Source: Polyangiales bacterium (GTDB lineage Bacteria; Myxococcota_A; Polyangia; Polyangiales; Polyangiaceae). Taken from it: a stretch of 64,000 bases of DNA. This document shows positions 20,949 through 30,250 of this stretch, one piece after another. The stretch's first letter is position 1, and every line of letters begins with the position of its first letter. The stretch lies in NCBI GenBank assembly GCA_038230375.1, contig JBBRNJ010000001.1, forward strand, positions 160,001-224,000, read 5' to 3'. The position numbers were made by a program, and so were the translations under genes. Below the pieces are notes generated by a model. That model saw only the letters and a program-made list of their open reading frames with translations. It did not search any database and was not told where the DNA came from.

Positions 20949-21935
20949 TCAGTGAGCGGCGTCGCGGAGCGCGCCGAAGACCGCGTCGATGTTGTCGACG
21001 TAGACCTTGTTGCCGCCCTGGCAGCTGTAGAAGCTGTCGTTGTAGGTCTTGTCACCGGCGGGCGACGTGACCTTGAGTGAGAGGTACGGCTTGTCGGCGC
21101 CGCAGATGTCGCCCTTGGAGATCGCGACCGCGTTCATCGCGGCGTTGACCTTCTTCATGTCGGCGGCGCTCAAGGCCGTCGTTCCCGACGTGGTGTGGAG
21201 CGGGAGCCCCAGATCGTTCCAGTTGCACTCTTCCCAGGCGAGGCTGCTGTTGGCGACGTCGAGCGTGAACTTGGACTGACCGGTGGCGCAGGTCGAACCT
21301 GCCGGGCCCGGGCGAACGAATCCGCCCCCGGCGTTCTGTGCGACGAGCTTGGTCGACGCGGCGCTCCAGATCGGCGTGACCGCGATGCCGCACTTGTACC
21401 CGCACGTGTTGCTTGCGCAATCGAAGTGACCCACGCACATCGGGTGGATGATGCCCTGCCCGTCGCAGTCCTTCGTCTCGACACAGTACGAGATCTCGGG
21501 GGACATGGTGTTGGTCCATCCGCTCCAGTCGCTGCGGCTGAGCGAGAGCTTCTTCGTGGTGAGGCTGTAGCTGTAGCGACCGTAGAAGCTGGACGCCTCG
21601 GCGCCGACGCCCTGGTTCAGGTGGACGTAGTTCTTGGTCGCGGTGTACTTGCCGGAGATCTTCTGCTCGGACGGGCATGGTGCGCGGACGCAGCGGATGC
21701 CGGTGTCGATGTCAGCGAAGAAGGTGCCGTCCGACTTGAAGACCAGGCCGCGAAACGTGGGCGGACGCACCGAGCCGGCGGCATCCTGGTAGGCGCCAAC
21801 GAGCTTCGAGGCAGACGCGGTGAGCTCCTCCTCCGAGGCCTGCTGCTCTCCGTTGTCCTGGCTGGTATCGGCGGCGCAGCCACCGACAGCAAGGAGGGCG
21901 CCAAGGAACATTGCGGACAAAAGCTGGATCTTCAT
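20949..21935 (-). CDS. Cys-containing lipoprotein (CVRAPC motif)
   Basis: Lipobox VGGC, acidic linker EEELT, GIRCVRAPCP. Confidence 0.7.
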   Translation of the reverse strand: MKIQLLSAMFLGALLAVGGCAADTSQDNGEQQASEEELTASASKLVGAYQDAAGSVRPPTFRGLVFKSDGTFFADIDTGIRCVRAPCPSEQKISGKYTATKNYVHLNQGVGAEASSFYGRYSYSLTTKKLSLSRSDWSGWTNTMSPEISYCVETKDCDGQGIIHPMCVGHFDCASNTCGYKCGIAVTPIWSAASTKLVAQNAGGGFVRPGPAGSTCATGQSKFTLDVANSSLAWEECNWNDLGLPLHTTSGTTALSAADMKKVNAAMNAVAISKGDICGADKPYLSLKVTSPAGDKTYNDSFYSCQGGNKVYVDNIDAVFGALRDAAH

Positions 21936-22103
21936 GGTTTTTCTCCTGATACCTCCGTCAAACCGACGGGGTGTGTCTCAGTGCGCGGTGTATGACACTG
22001 TAGGTCGCCACGTGCAAGGCGAAATGTCTCCGACCGAAACATTCCGCCGTGGCGCCAGGGCTCCAATGCCGCATTTCTCGTCGCCGGCGCTGGCGAGCTT
22101 GCG

Positions 22104-22664
22104 TCAGCGATGGCTGTCTTTCGCCCGCTTGCACGCATCCGCGTCGGCTTGAGCTGCGAGCCATGAGGTCACGCAGATCATCTGGTCATCGCCCTCTGTG
22201 AAGAGAGTGCCGCCCTTGTGGTTCTCCGTGCCCAGCGGCTTCCGCAGCAGCGTGAGCCTGAGTGGATTGGACGCGCCTTCGCGCACCACCTGGCTCATGA
22301 GCTCGGGCTCCAGTCCGACGACGGACAGGTAGTTCTCGTTCCTCTCTGCATCTGTCGTCAAATCCGGCTCGGAGCTGGGGCGCCCCGCGTCGCCGACCTG
22401 TGACAGGCGCAGCCCCTTGCTTCCGTAGAGACGAAGGTTGCGCGAGCTCTGGCCGTGGCAATCCAGCGAGCCGCAGCGAAGCTCCAGGAGCGTGGACACG
22501 GGCGCGAACGTGGCCTGGTCGGGCGCGTCGACCACCACGCGATTGTCCGATGCGGGTACATTGCACGCATTCACGGAGCACAGCACGAGCAGCGCGCACA
22601 GCGAGGCGAGACCACCGAGCCGCGAGGAGCGCGAGGAGCGCGTGAAGAAGGAGCGCATGCTCAT
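22104..22664 (-). CDS. Lipoprotein with CX4CH putative heme motif
   Basis: Lipobox VNAC; RCGSLDCHG and HKGG; ATGA overlap with the upstream gene. Confidence 0.65.
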   Translation of the reverse strand: MSMRSFFTRSSRSSRLGGLASLCALLVLCSVNACNVPASDNRVVVDAPDQATFAPVSTLLELRCGSLDCHGQSSRNLRLYGSKGLRLSQVGDAGRPSSEPDLTTDAERNENYLSVVGLEPELMSQVVREGASNPLRLTLLRKPLGTENHKGGTLFTEGDDQMICVTSWLAAQADADACKRAKDSHR

Positions 22665-23170
22665 GGCGTCTTCCCGTCGACCGGAACGAAGACGTGCCCT
22701 GCGCTGGCTGGGCCGGCTGGGTCCGTGTGGCATTCCGCGCACGAGCCATCTCGCCCGACGTGCCCGCCCATCACCGCCTGCTTGCGCCCGGTGTAGTCCA
22801 CGGTGACCTTCATCGGGTAGACGGGCGTGAACTGCTGTGGCGAGAGGTAGAAGTTGCCCGCTTCGTTGGTGCTCGCTGTCGCTCCATTGCCATCCGCGGA
22901 CTTGAGCGTGACCGTCGCGCCGTTCGCGGGCGTGAGGTCTCCGATGTTCAAGTAGATGGTGCCTGCCACCGTGAAGTGTGGAGGACTGCCGAAGGAGCCG
23001 TCATGACACACGATGCACGGCTGCCCTGGGCGATGTCTGGGACCCTTGGGGACGCCGGGCGTCTCGGGACCAAGCGCGTCGACACCGTTGTCGTGAACCG
23101 GATCGCACGACAGTGCCAGGGCGCCCGCGAGGCCCATCAAGATTCCCAGGATGGCGTTGTGGTGTCTCAT
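22661..23170 (-). CDS. Di-heme c-type cytochrome lipoprotein with carboxypeptidase-regulatory-like domain
   Basis: Lipobox ALSC; CIVCH and CAECH; TNEAGNF beta-sandwich motif. Confidence 0.75.
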   Translation of the reverse strand: MRHHNAILGILMGLAGALALSCDPVHDNGVDALGPETPGVPKGPRHRPGQPCIVCHDGSFGSPPHFTVAGTIYLNIGDLTPANGATVTLKSADGNGATASTNEAGNFYLSPQQFTPVYPMKVTVDYTGRKQAVMGGHVGRDGSCAECHTDPAGPASAGHVFVPVDGKTP

Positions 23171-24387
23171 AGCGCCACCTCCACGACGAGCGCGATCACC
23201 TCGGACGTGCGCTGCGAGAGGTAGATGTCATCGAGGTAGCTGGTGCTCGTGACGTTCGCGTCGATGCCAAGCACGAACTTGCGCGGGTTCGTTGCGGGGC
23301 CCATGAGCACGCGCGCGGTGGCGCCGCCCGTGAGGTTGACCAGCGGGCCCAGCTCCCGGTCGCCGGTGCGCAGCGCTGGAAAATCCAGGCCCGTTCGCAT
23401 CGTGTACGCGCGCTGCCAGAAGTCCACGGGGCCCTGCGCGTGGAAGCGAACGTGTGGGCCGGCCTCGAGGCGCTGCGTGGGCGTTACGATGAAGCGGCCA
23501 TCCGTGGTGGTGGCCTTGAGGCCCCACGCGTCCGTGTAGAGGCGCTCGTCCATGCGGAGCGTGGCCCAGGAGAACCTGTGTCCGATCCGCGCAGAGAGCG
23601 CGTAGCGCTGTCGATCCGTGGGCAGCTGCTCGAGCGCACGCGCGGACAGGCGATCCCTGTTCACGTTGGCGATCGACTCGCCCTTCGTGACCACGGTGCC
23701 CGGCGCGAACATGGGCACGTAGCGATACGGCTTGGACGTGTCGCCGTCCTCGAAGATCAGATCACCGACGATGGCGAGGTACGTGGCGCGGGTCAGGATG
23801 ATGGTGCCGCCGAGCTTCACGCCGTTCGTGTTGATCTGGTGGTTCCACACGTTCCACGGCGTGTCGTGGCGGCCGGCGATGTCGTAGCCGTGGTAGTACG
23901 ACAGGAGCGCCGTGAAGTTCTTGTCGCACAGATCGTACGTGGCGCTGGCGCCGCCGGTGTACGAGCCATAGTCGGGCTCCACCGACACGTTGCCGTTTGC
24001 GGACACTCCCAGCTTGCCCCACTGAGTTGCGCCATTGATGCCGCCGGCCTGCCGTGTCTCGATGAAGCGACGCGACGCGGTAGACACGATGTCGACAGAC
24101 GCGGCGGACACCACGTCGACCAGGTAGTTCGCGCCGACGCTCCAGCCAGACGCGGGCTTCGACACATTGCCGGCGATGGACGGCGACACGACGAACACGT
24201 GATCATTGTCCGCATATGTCGCGAGCTCGCTCCCTGCGGCCACGTCGTATGCGCTGTCCTTGCTCGCGGGCGCGGGCTCCGGAACAGGCTCGGCTACTTC
24301 TTGTGCGTGCGCGACCGTCGGGAGGAGCGTGATGAAAAGAGAGACGACAACGCAGGCGTGGACCGCTTGCGTCAGTTGCATCCGCAT
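23167..24387 (-). CDS. DUF3570 domain protein (probable outer-membrane beta-barrel)
   Basis: VDVVSAASVD, EPDY, KPYRYV, EQLPTDRQR, Y.DAWG motifs; adjacent to a DUF4266 gene. Confidence 0.8.
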   Translation of the reverse strand: MRMQLTQAVHACVVVSLFITLLPTVAHAQEVAEPVPEPAPASKDSAYDVAAGSELATYADNDHVFVVSPSIAGNVSKPASGWSVGANYLVDVVSAASVDIVSTASRRFIETRQAGGINGATQWGKLGVSANGNVSVEPDYGSYTGGASATYDLCDKNFTALLSYYHGYDIAGRHDTPWNVWNHQINTNGVKLGGTIILTRATYLAIVGDLIFEDGDTSKPYRYVPMFAPGTVVTKGESIANVNRDRLSARALEQLPTDRQRYALSARIGHRFSWATLRMDERLYTDAWGLKATTTDGRFIVTPTQRLEAGPHVRFHAQGPVDFWQRAYTMRTGLDFPALRTGDRELGPLVNLTGGATARVLMGPATNPRKFVLGIDANVTSTSYLDDIYLSQRTSEVIALVVEVAL

Positions 24388-24608
24388 CCGCCGCCGACCT
24401 CGAAGCCGCCTCCCATCGCGCCCTCCTGGATGGCGCGCGCGTGCGCTTCACCGACACCGGCCGGGTCGGACGTCTTCATGGTCGGATGCGCCAGCGGACC
24501 GCGCTGATACGGCGGCACGGGCGTGCACGCCGAAGCAACGAACGAAGCACCGAGGAGGGCGAGAGCGAGGATCGTTCTTGGGTTGTGCACTAGGTTGGCT
24601 CTCATCAA
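24372..24608 (-). CDS. DUF4266 small lipoprotein
   Basis: ACTPVPPYQRGPLA and C-terminal GGGCGCN signature. Confidence 0.85.
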   Translation of the reverse strand: MMRANLVHNPRTILALALLGASFVASACTPVPPYQRGPLAHPTMKTSDPAGVGEAHARAIQEGAMGGGFEVGGGCGCN

Positions 24609-24792
24609 GACCCGTACCTGTGTAGTACCCGCGACTGTGTCGGGGCAGGCAGCTCAAATATACCATCTCGCGTGATCGAGCGTGGGTTCCTGTCCACGCT
24701 CGTGGCTGCAGGTTTTGCGCGTCGCATGCAGATCTGGAACGACCGACGGCTCAGCTGCGGGAGCCATCAAGGCGTGCGCTTCCGAGGTCAGG

Positions 24793-25506
24793 TCACTTCG
24801 CGAGGCACTTGCCGCCGGCATCCTTCACGTCGAACGACTGCACCATGTTGCGCTGGAAGTCGTAGAAGCTGCACGCGTAGGTGGGGCGCGCCTCGCCGCT
24901 GTCGGGATACACGGTGGAGGTGCACACGATGTGACCGCCCACCGACGCTCGCGTGACCTTGTTCCAGCTGCGGTCGTAGGCCGCATGCGGCGCCAGGTGG
25001 TTCTCCGTGGTCTCCGTGGCGCGGGTGAGCGCGCTGAAGATCGCCTTCGCGGCAGCGTACTGCTTCGCGGCGAACGGCAGTGAAGCGGGCGCGCCCGGGC
25101 CGGCCTCGAGCGTGGCGACGAACCGCGCCTTCTTCGTGGAGCCGCTCGGAAGGTCCTCGGCGCCAAAGTTGAAGCCGACGATGGTGTAGAGCGTCTCGCC
25201 GAACTCGTCGGTGTTGGGCAGCGCCGCGTCCAGGAAGCCCGGGATCTCGACGTGGGGGTAGTACTGGCCACCGTAGTTGTGGATGTACGAGGCGCCGACG
25301 GAGGACTTCAGCTCCGTGAGGAAGCCGTTCGACATGAACAGCGTGTCCAGGGTGCACTCGCTGCTCGCCTTTGCGCCGGAGAGATCGCTCTCGTTGGTGC
25401 CATCGGCCGTGCTCGCCGTGGAGCCGGACTCCTGCGGAGTCGAGCAACCAAGACCACCAAGCACGAGACCAGAACCAGCAAAGATCAGGAAGCTCACGTT
25501 GCGCAT
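24793..25506 (-). CDS. Hypothetical lipoprotein
   Basis: Lipobox GLGC, acidic linker NESDLS. Confidence 0.7.
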   Translation of the reverse strand: MRNVSFLIFAGSGLVLGGLGCSTPQESGSTASTADGTNESDLSGAKASSECTLDTLFMSNGFLTELKSSVGASYIHNYGGQYYPHVEIPGFLDAALPNTDEFGETLYTIVGFNFGAEDLPSGSTKKARFVATLEAGPGAPASLPFAAKQYAAAKAIFSALTRATETTENHLAPHAAYDRSWNKVTRASVGGHIVCTSTVYPDSGEARPTYACSFYDFQRNMVQSFDVKDAGGKCLAK

Positions 25507-25629
25507 GACCCAGGACTCCTTCGAACCCGCTGACGAGGTGCCAGCGACGAGAAGGCTTGTAGCAACGCAGGTCGCGCTGTCCGTCCGTATTTTGCGGACG
25601 CGACTATATGCGCATTGTTTACAGTGCGA

Positions 25630-27654
25630 CTACTCGGTCGCGGTGAAGAGGCCCGTGTAGCGCCCGAGCCAGTACGCGTGCAGGTAGTCCGCGCCGGGGA
25701 ACTCGCTTGCGCTGGTGTTCTGTCGGTAGTCGAACGGGCCGGAGCGCCACGCGTAGACGTCGAGCGGCGTCTCGAAGAGCGGGTAGCCGAAGAGCCCCTC
25801 GGTGCGGTCCGTCGTGGTCCAGTCGTTCTTCCAGGGCAATGACGGGTACGGCGCCATCACGAACGACGCGCTCACGCGATGGTCGACGTCGAGCATGGAG
25901 CGCGGCGACGGCATCTCGCGCAGACGCCAGCGGGCGTTGTCCACGTCGACGGGAGCGGATGCGCTTGCGAGCTTGGAGAACACCACGCTCCAGAGGCCCA
26001 TGCGGAAGGGGGAGAAATCCGCCTTCATCTTGTCGAAGCCTTTTCGCACGGACGTGTCGGCGTTGACGGTGGGGATGGGCTTCTTGGTGGCGAGCCAGTG
26101 CATGGCGATGAACTGCGCGAAGGTGAGGTGCGTGCCGGACCAGTCGCCGGTCATGTACTCGCGCTGCTGGAAGTTCGCCTGCTCGATGGAGGACTGGAGC
26201 GCGGTCCACGACGTGAGCGCTGACGTGAGGTCCCCGCTGTCGTTGTTCACGTAGGCGCTGAGCCACACGCTCATGAGGTGGTTCGCGTCCATGGTGTTCT
26301 GCGCGAGCGTCAGATCCTTCACCATGTGCTTTGCGTTGGTGCGGATGCGCGCGCAGAAGGCGCTCTTGCCGGGGAGCTCCGGATCGCACATGGCGATGTA
26401 CGCCATGAGCGGGCCGTAGAAGAGGCCCTTGAACATGTCGTTGTTGCCACCCTCGAGCCAGTCGTAGGCGGCGAACGCGCCCACGCCTGCATGCCAGCTG
26501 CCAGTGGCGGCGCCCGTCGCGGGGCGAACCGTGCGCGCGAACGTGGTCTGGTCCGGCGTTATCTCCATCAAGATCTCGATCGCGTCCGTGGACTTCTCGA
26601 TGTTGGCGAGCGCGACGGCGTCGTTCGTGACCAGATAGCGGTACACCTGGCTTGCGACGTAGCTGGCGGTCCAGAGCGAGCCATCGCCAGTGGGGTTCAA
26701 GACGCCGTTCGTGAGATCGTCATTGATGGAGCCCGTGGAGTCGATGAGCTTCGAGGGGACCTCGCTGTCGTAGTACGCGGCCTTGTCCACGAGCTTCTGA
26801 CCGAACGCGGTGGCGCGCGCGAGCGTCTCACCGAGCGCGGGCGCGTCCACGACCTTGTTCACCACGCGCAGCGCCTTGGGGTGTGCCTGGTAGAAGTCGA
26901 AGTCCGTCTTGTCGACGAGCACGTAGCCCACGCCGGCCTTGAAATCAGGGTCGTTCGTGTAGGGCATGACAGCGGGGAGATCGCGGTAGCTCTTGAAGAG
27001 CGCGTCCGTGCTGGTCTTCGCGGCGCCGGTGGGCGCGGTGTTCACGGGCGTGCGCGTGCGGTCGATCGCGAAGATGGGCGCGGGCCCGCTGTCCTTGCGC
27101 GCGGTGAGCGTGTCGGTCGCGTCCGCGTCAGACCCCTTCCACGTGGCGCTCGCGGTGCCGTTCGCGGAGAGCCTGATATCGCCCATGACTGAGAGCGGCG
27201 TCTTGTCGGCCTCTGCGCGCGTGAGCCCGCCGCGGCTTCGCACGAAGTCGGCCTTGAGGAGGGAGACGCCCGCGCTGTACCCCGCTTGCGTCTGCTTCGC
27301 CGTGCCGGTCCACGCGGTCCAGAGCGTGCGCGCGTCCTCCACGGTGATCGATGTATAATGCACGATCCGGATGACGGTCGCATTCGCGCCGTCCTGGCGC
27401 AGCTCCAGCTGGCCGTCGTACGCCCCGCGCGAGTCCTTGCCCGAGATCTGCCACACGCCAAGGAGCCCGCTGGCAACGGGGCCCGCATCGGCAGGTCCGC
27501 CGCCACTCCCGCTGTCGTTGTTGCCGCCGCCTCCACCGCCGGCGTCGTTGCCCGGGTCACCCGAGGACGAGCTGCCATCGCTTCCGCAGGCGCCCGCAAG
27601 GGCAGCGAAGGAGAGGAGAGAGACAGCACCAAGAGCACGGACACCGAACCGCAT
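25630..27654 (-). CDS. Secreted lipoprotein, paralog of 12880-14769
   Basis: Lipobox AGAC; DGSLWTA…NNDMF…FPGADYLHAYWLGRY motifs. Confidence 0.7.
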   Translation of the reverse strand: MRFGVRALGAVSLLSFAALAGACGSDGSSSSGDPGNDAGGGGGGNNDSGSGGGPADAGPVASGLLGVWQISGKDSRGAYDGQLELRQDGANATVIRIVHYTSITVEDARTLWTAWTGTAKQTQAGYSAGVSLLKADFVRSRGGLTRAEADKTPLSVMGDIRLSANGTASATWKGSDADATDTLTARKDSGPAPIFAIDRTRTPVNTAPTGAAKTSTDALFKSYRDLPAVMPYTNDPDFKAGVGYVLVDKTDFDFYQAHPKALRVVNKVVDAPALGETLARATAFGQKLVDKAAYYDSEVPSKLIDSTGSINDDLTNGVLNPTGDGSLWTASYVASQVYRYLVTNDAVALANIEKSTDAIEILMEITPDQTTFARTVRPATGAATGSWHAGVGAFAAYDWLEGGNNDMFKGLFYGPLMAYIAMCDPELPGKSAFCARIRTNAKHMVKDLTLAQNTMDANHLMSVWLSAYVNNDSGDLTSALTSWTALQSSIEQANFQQREYMTGDWSGTHLTFAQFIAMHWLATKKPIPTVNADTSVRKGFDKMKADFSPFRMGLWSVVFSKLASASAPVDVDNARWRLREMPSPRSMLDVDHRVSASFVMAPYPSLPWKNDWTTTDRTEGLFGYPLFETPLDVYAWRSGPFDYRQNTSASEFPGADYLHAYWLGRYTGLFTATE

Positions 27655-27856
27655 TTCCGGATCCTTTCGAGCGGCGAGAGAGCCCCGACCGCGGGCGAAT
27701 GAATGCCCGATCTGCGGGCAAATGTGAAGCGGCGGTGACGTGCTCGAGATCGGCGCTGTCGTGAAATGAACGCTGCTGCCACCGGGCCTGAGGGTGGTCA
27801 GAGGTAGGCGCGAGAACCGCTTGACGGTTCGCTGGTTTTTCCTTCCTCTTGAAGGG

Positions 27857-28843
27857 ATGCGCCGCTTCTTGCTCTCTGCCTCTCTGGTGAGCCTCCTTCC
27901 ATTCCTCCTGCGATGCGGTGACAACGACGACAGGAAGTCATCCGCCGACGACGCGGGTGCCGAGGCCAGCTCCATCGCTGATGGGAGCCTCGCGATGGGT
28001 GCGGACGGCAGCACCAAACCAGGCACCGACGCCGGTGACAACGGTCCACAGCCCGCATGGGCCAGCGCGCCGTTGAAGAGCCCCGGATGCGGCATGGCGG
28101 CGACGCCCAGTGGGGCAAACGGCGACAACAAAACGGTCATGGTGGGTGGCACCGCGCGCTCGTTCGTCCTCTATGTGCCGAAGGGCTACGACCCGAACAA
28201 TGGATATCCGATCGTTGCGAGCTACCACGGCATCGGCGCCACCGGCGCGGACATGGCCCAGTTCGTGAAGATGCAGGAGTACTCGATGGGCAAGGCCATC
28301 GCAGTGTTCCCCACTGCCGTCGCTGGCAAGTGGGACACGAACGGCATGACGGATCTGGCTTTCTTCGACGCCATGGTGAAGAGCCTGGAGGACACACTCT
28401 GCATCAACGAGCGCCGCATCTTCGTGCTCGGCTTCAGCTTCGGCGCGTACATGGTGAACTTGCTGGGGTGCAAGCGCTCGGACACCATCCGCGCCTTCAT
28501 CCCGGCGGACGGCGGCTTCGTTGGCTCGCCTGCTGCGTGCGGCAAGACCACGGTGCTGGTCTATCACCGCACAGAGGACGACAACGAGGCGGTCGCGAAC
28601 GGGAAGAAGGCCCGCGACAACTGGCTGGGGATCAACGGATGCCAGAGCACCTCGAAACCCCTCAACGATTTCGGGTTCAACGATTCAACTGCGGGCACCT
28701 TGGGCTGCGTGCAGTATGATGGATGTCCAGGCAACACCACCGTCTCGTGGTGCGAAGACATGTACATCAGCCCGCAGGGTTACAAACACGACCTGCGCCA
28801 ACCTTACCGAGTACCGATGTGGAACTGGTTCAATCATTTCTGA
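27857..28843 (+). CDS. Esterase, LpqC/feruloyl esterase (CE1/PHB depolymerase)-like
   Basis: RSFVLYVPKGYD, YHG, DLAFFDAM, GFSFG nucleophile motif. Confidence 0.8.
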   Translation: MRRFLLSASLVSLLPFLLRCGDNDDRKSSADDAGAEASSIADGSLAMGADGSTKPGTDAGDNGPQPAWASAPLKSPGCGMAATPSGANGDNKTVMVGGTARSFVLYVPKGYDPNNGYPIVASYHGIGATGADMAQFVKMQEYSMGKAIAVFPTAVAGKWDTNGMTDLAFFDAMVKSLEDTLCINERRIFVLGFSFGAYMVNLLGCKRSDTIRAFIPADGGFVGSPAACGKTTVLVYHRTEDDNEAVANGKKARDNWLGINGCQSTSKPLNDFGFNDSTAGTLGCVQYDGCPGNTTVSWCEDMYISPQGYKHDLRQPYRVPMWNWFNHF

Positions 28844-28852
28844 GAGGTCACC

Positions 28853-30169
28853 ATGAATTCTTCCCTTGTTCGTAGCTTCCGTCTCGCCGCCGCCGGCTCG
28901 CTCGCCATCTCACTGGCTGCCATCATCGCAGCATGCTCCTCGTCATCGAGCGGCAACAACAACACAGATGACGGTGGCCCTGGCACTGACGGCTCCCTCA
29001 ACCCGGACAAGGATGGCGGCAACCCCGTCGGTTCGGACGGCGGCAACGTCATCGGGACGGACGGCGGTGGAGGCAAGGACAGCGGCACCACCGGCCAGGA
29101 CGCAGGTCCCCCGGGGCCGCGTTACGTCGGCCGCCTCGCGGTGAACGGCACAGACGTCACGTGTGACTGGTCGGGCTGCAGGGCGATGGCGAAGTTCCAC
29201 GGGACCGCGGCCAGCATCACGATCGGCGGCTCGCTCGGTAGCAGCAACTACGACGTGATCGTCGACGGCGTCGTCACGAAGCAGATCGTCGTCAACACGG
29301 CCAACGCCATGAGCCCCTTCGTGCTCGCCACCGGCCTACCGCTCGCGGATCACACCGTGGAGATCTACAAGCGCAGCGAGGGCAACGACGGCATCGAGAC
29401 CTTCCATCCGTTCACGTTCCCGAACGACGGTGGCATCCTGTCGCCTCCGTTCCCGGGCAAGCACCTCATCGAGTTCATCGGCGACTCCGTCGCGGTGGGC
29501 TTTGGCGTCGAAGGCACGGGCGGCGATCCGGCGAACTGTGACAAGCAACCGCTGATCGACACGCTCACGAATGTGCACAAGTCGTTCGCGGGCGTGACAG
29601 CCGCGAACCTGGCATCGGACGGAATCGTCATCGGGTTCTCTGGCAAGGGCGTCACCCGCAACTTCGATCCGGCGGACACGCAGCTCATGATCGGCAACAC
29701 CGACGCGACGCAAGATCTGTACGGCATGACAAAGGTCGACGACGGCGCGCAGACGTGGGGCTTCAAGCCGATCCCGGACGCGGTCGTCGTCGCGCTGGGC
29801 GCGGACGACTTCAACAACCCGGGCGTTGGCACCCCGCCCACGCAGATGCAATTCCAGACCGCGTACAAGGCGCTCCTGGTCAAGGTCCGCGCGAAGAACC
29901 CGGGTGCGTACATCTTCGCGGCCTACACGCCGGGCATCCAGGACAACAGCGCCACGGTCGGAGACCCGAACAACGGCCTCACGATCTGCAAGGCCGCGAT
30001 CCCCGCCGCCGTGACCTCCCTGGGTGACGCGAAGGTCTTCTACGTCGACAACCTCCCGAACGCGAGCATGGCGGACGGAACGGGCTGTTTGCAGCACCCG
30101 AACGCGGCGTACCAGATAAACGCCGCGGCATCACTGACTGCCTTCATCAAGGGCAAGACGAACTGGTAG
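28853..30169 (+). CDS. SGNH/GDSL hydrolase, carbohydrate esterase family 2-like lipoprotein
   Basis: IEFIGDSV block I, LGADD block III, HPN block V; CE2-like N-domain KRSE. Confidence 0.85.
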   Translation: MNSSLVRSFRLAAAGSLAISLAAIIAACSSSSSGNNNTDDGGPGTDGSLNPDKDGGNPVGSDGGNVIGTDGGGGKDSGTTGQDAGPPGPRYVGRLAVNGTDVTCDWSGCRAMAKFHGTAASITIGGSLGSSNYDVIVDGVVTKQIVVNTANAMSPFVLATGLPLADHTVEIYKRSEGNDGIETFHPFTFPNDGGILSPPFPGKHLIEFIGDSVAVGFGVEGTGGDPANCDKQPLIDTLTNVHKSFAGVTAANLASDGIVIGFSGKGVTRNFDPADTQLMIGNTDATQDLYGMTKVDDGAQTWGFKPIPDAVVVALGADDFNNPGVGTPPTQMQFQTAYKALLVKVRAKNPGAYIFAAYTPGIQDNSATVGDPNNGLTICKAAIPAAVTSLGDAKVFYVDNLPNASMADGTGCLQHPNAAYQINAAASLTAFIKGKTNW

Positions 30170-30250
30170 CCCAGCGCGGTTTCAGAGTAAGGTCGGCAAA
30201 GAAATTCCTCTTTGCCACGGGCGCGACGCGTCCGCGAAAAGGCCTTCTCC

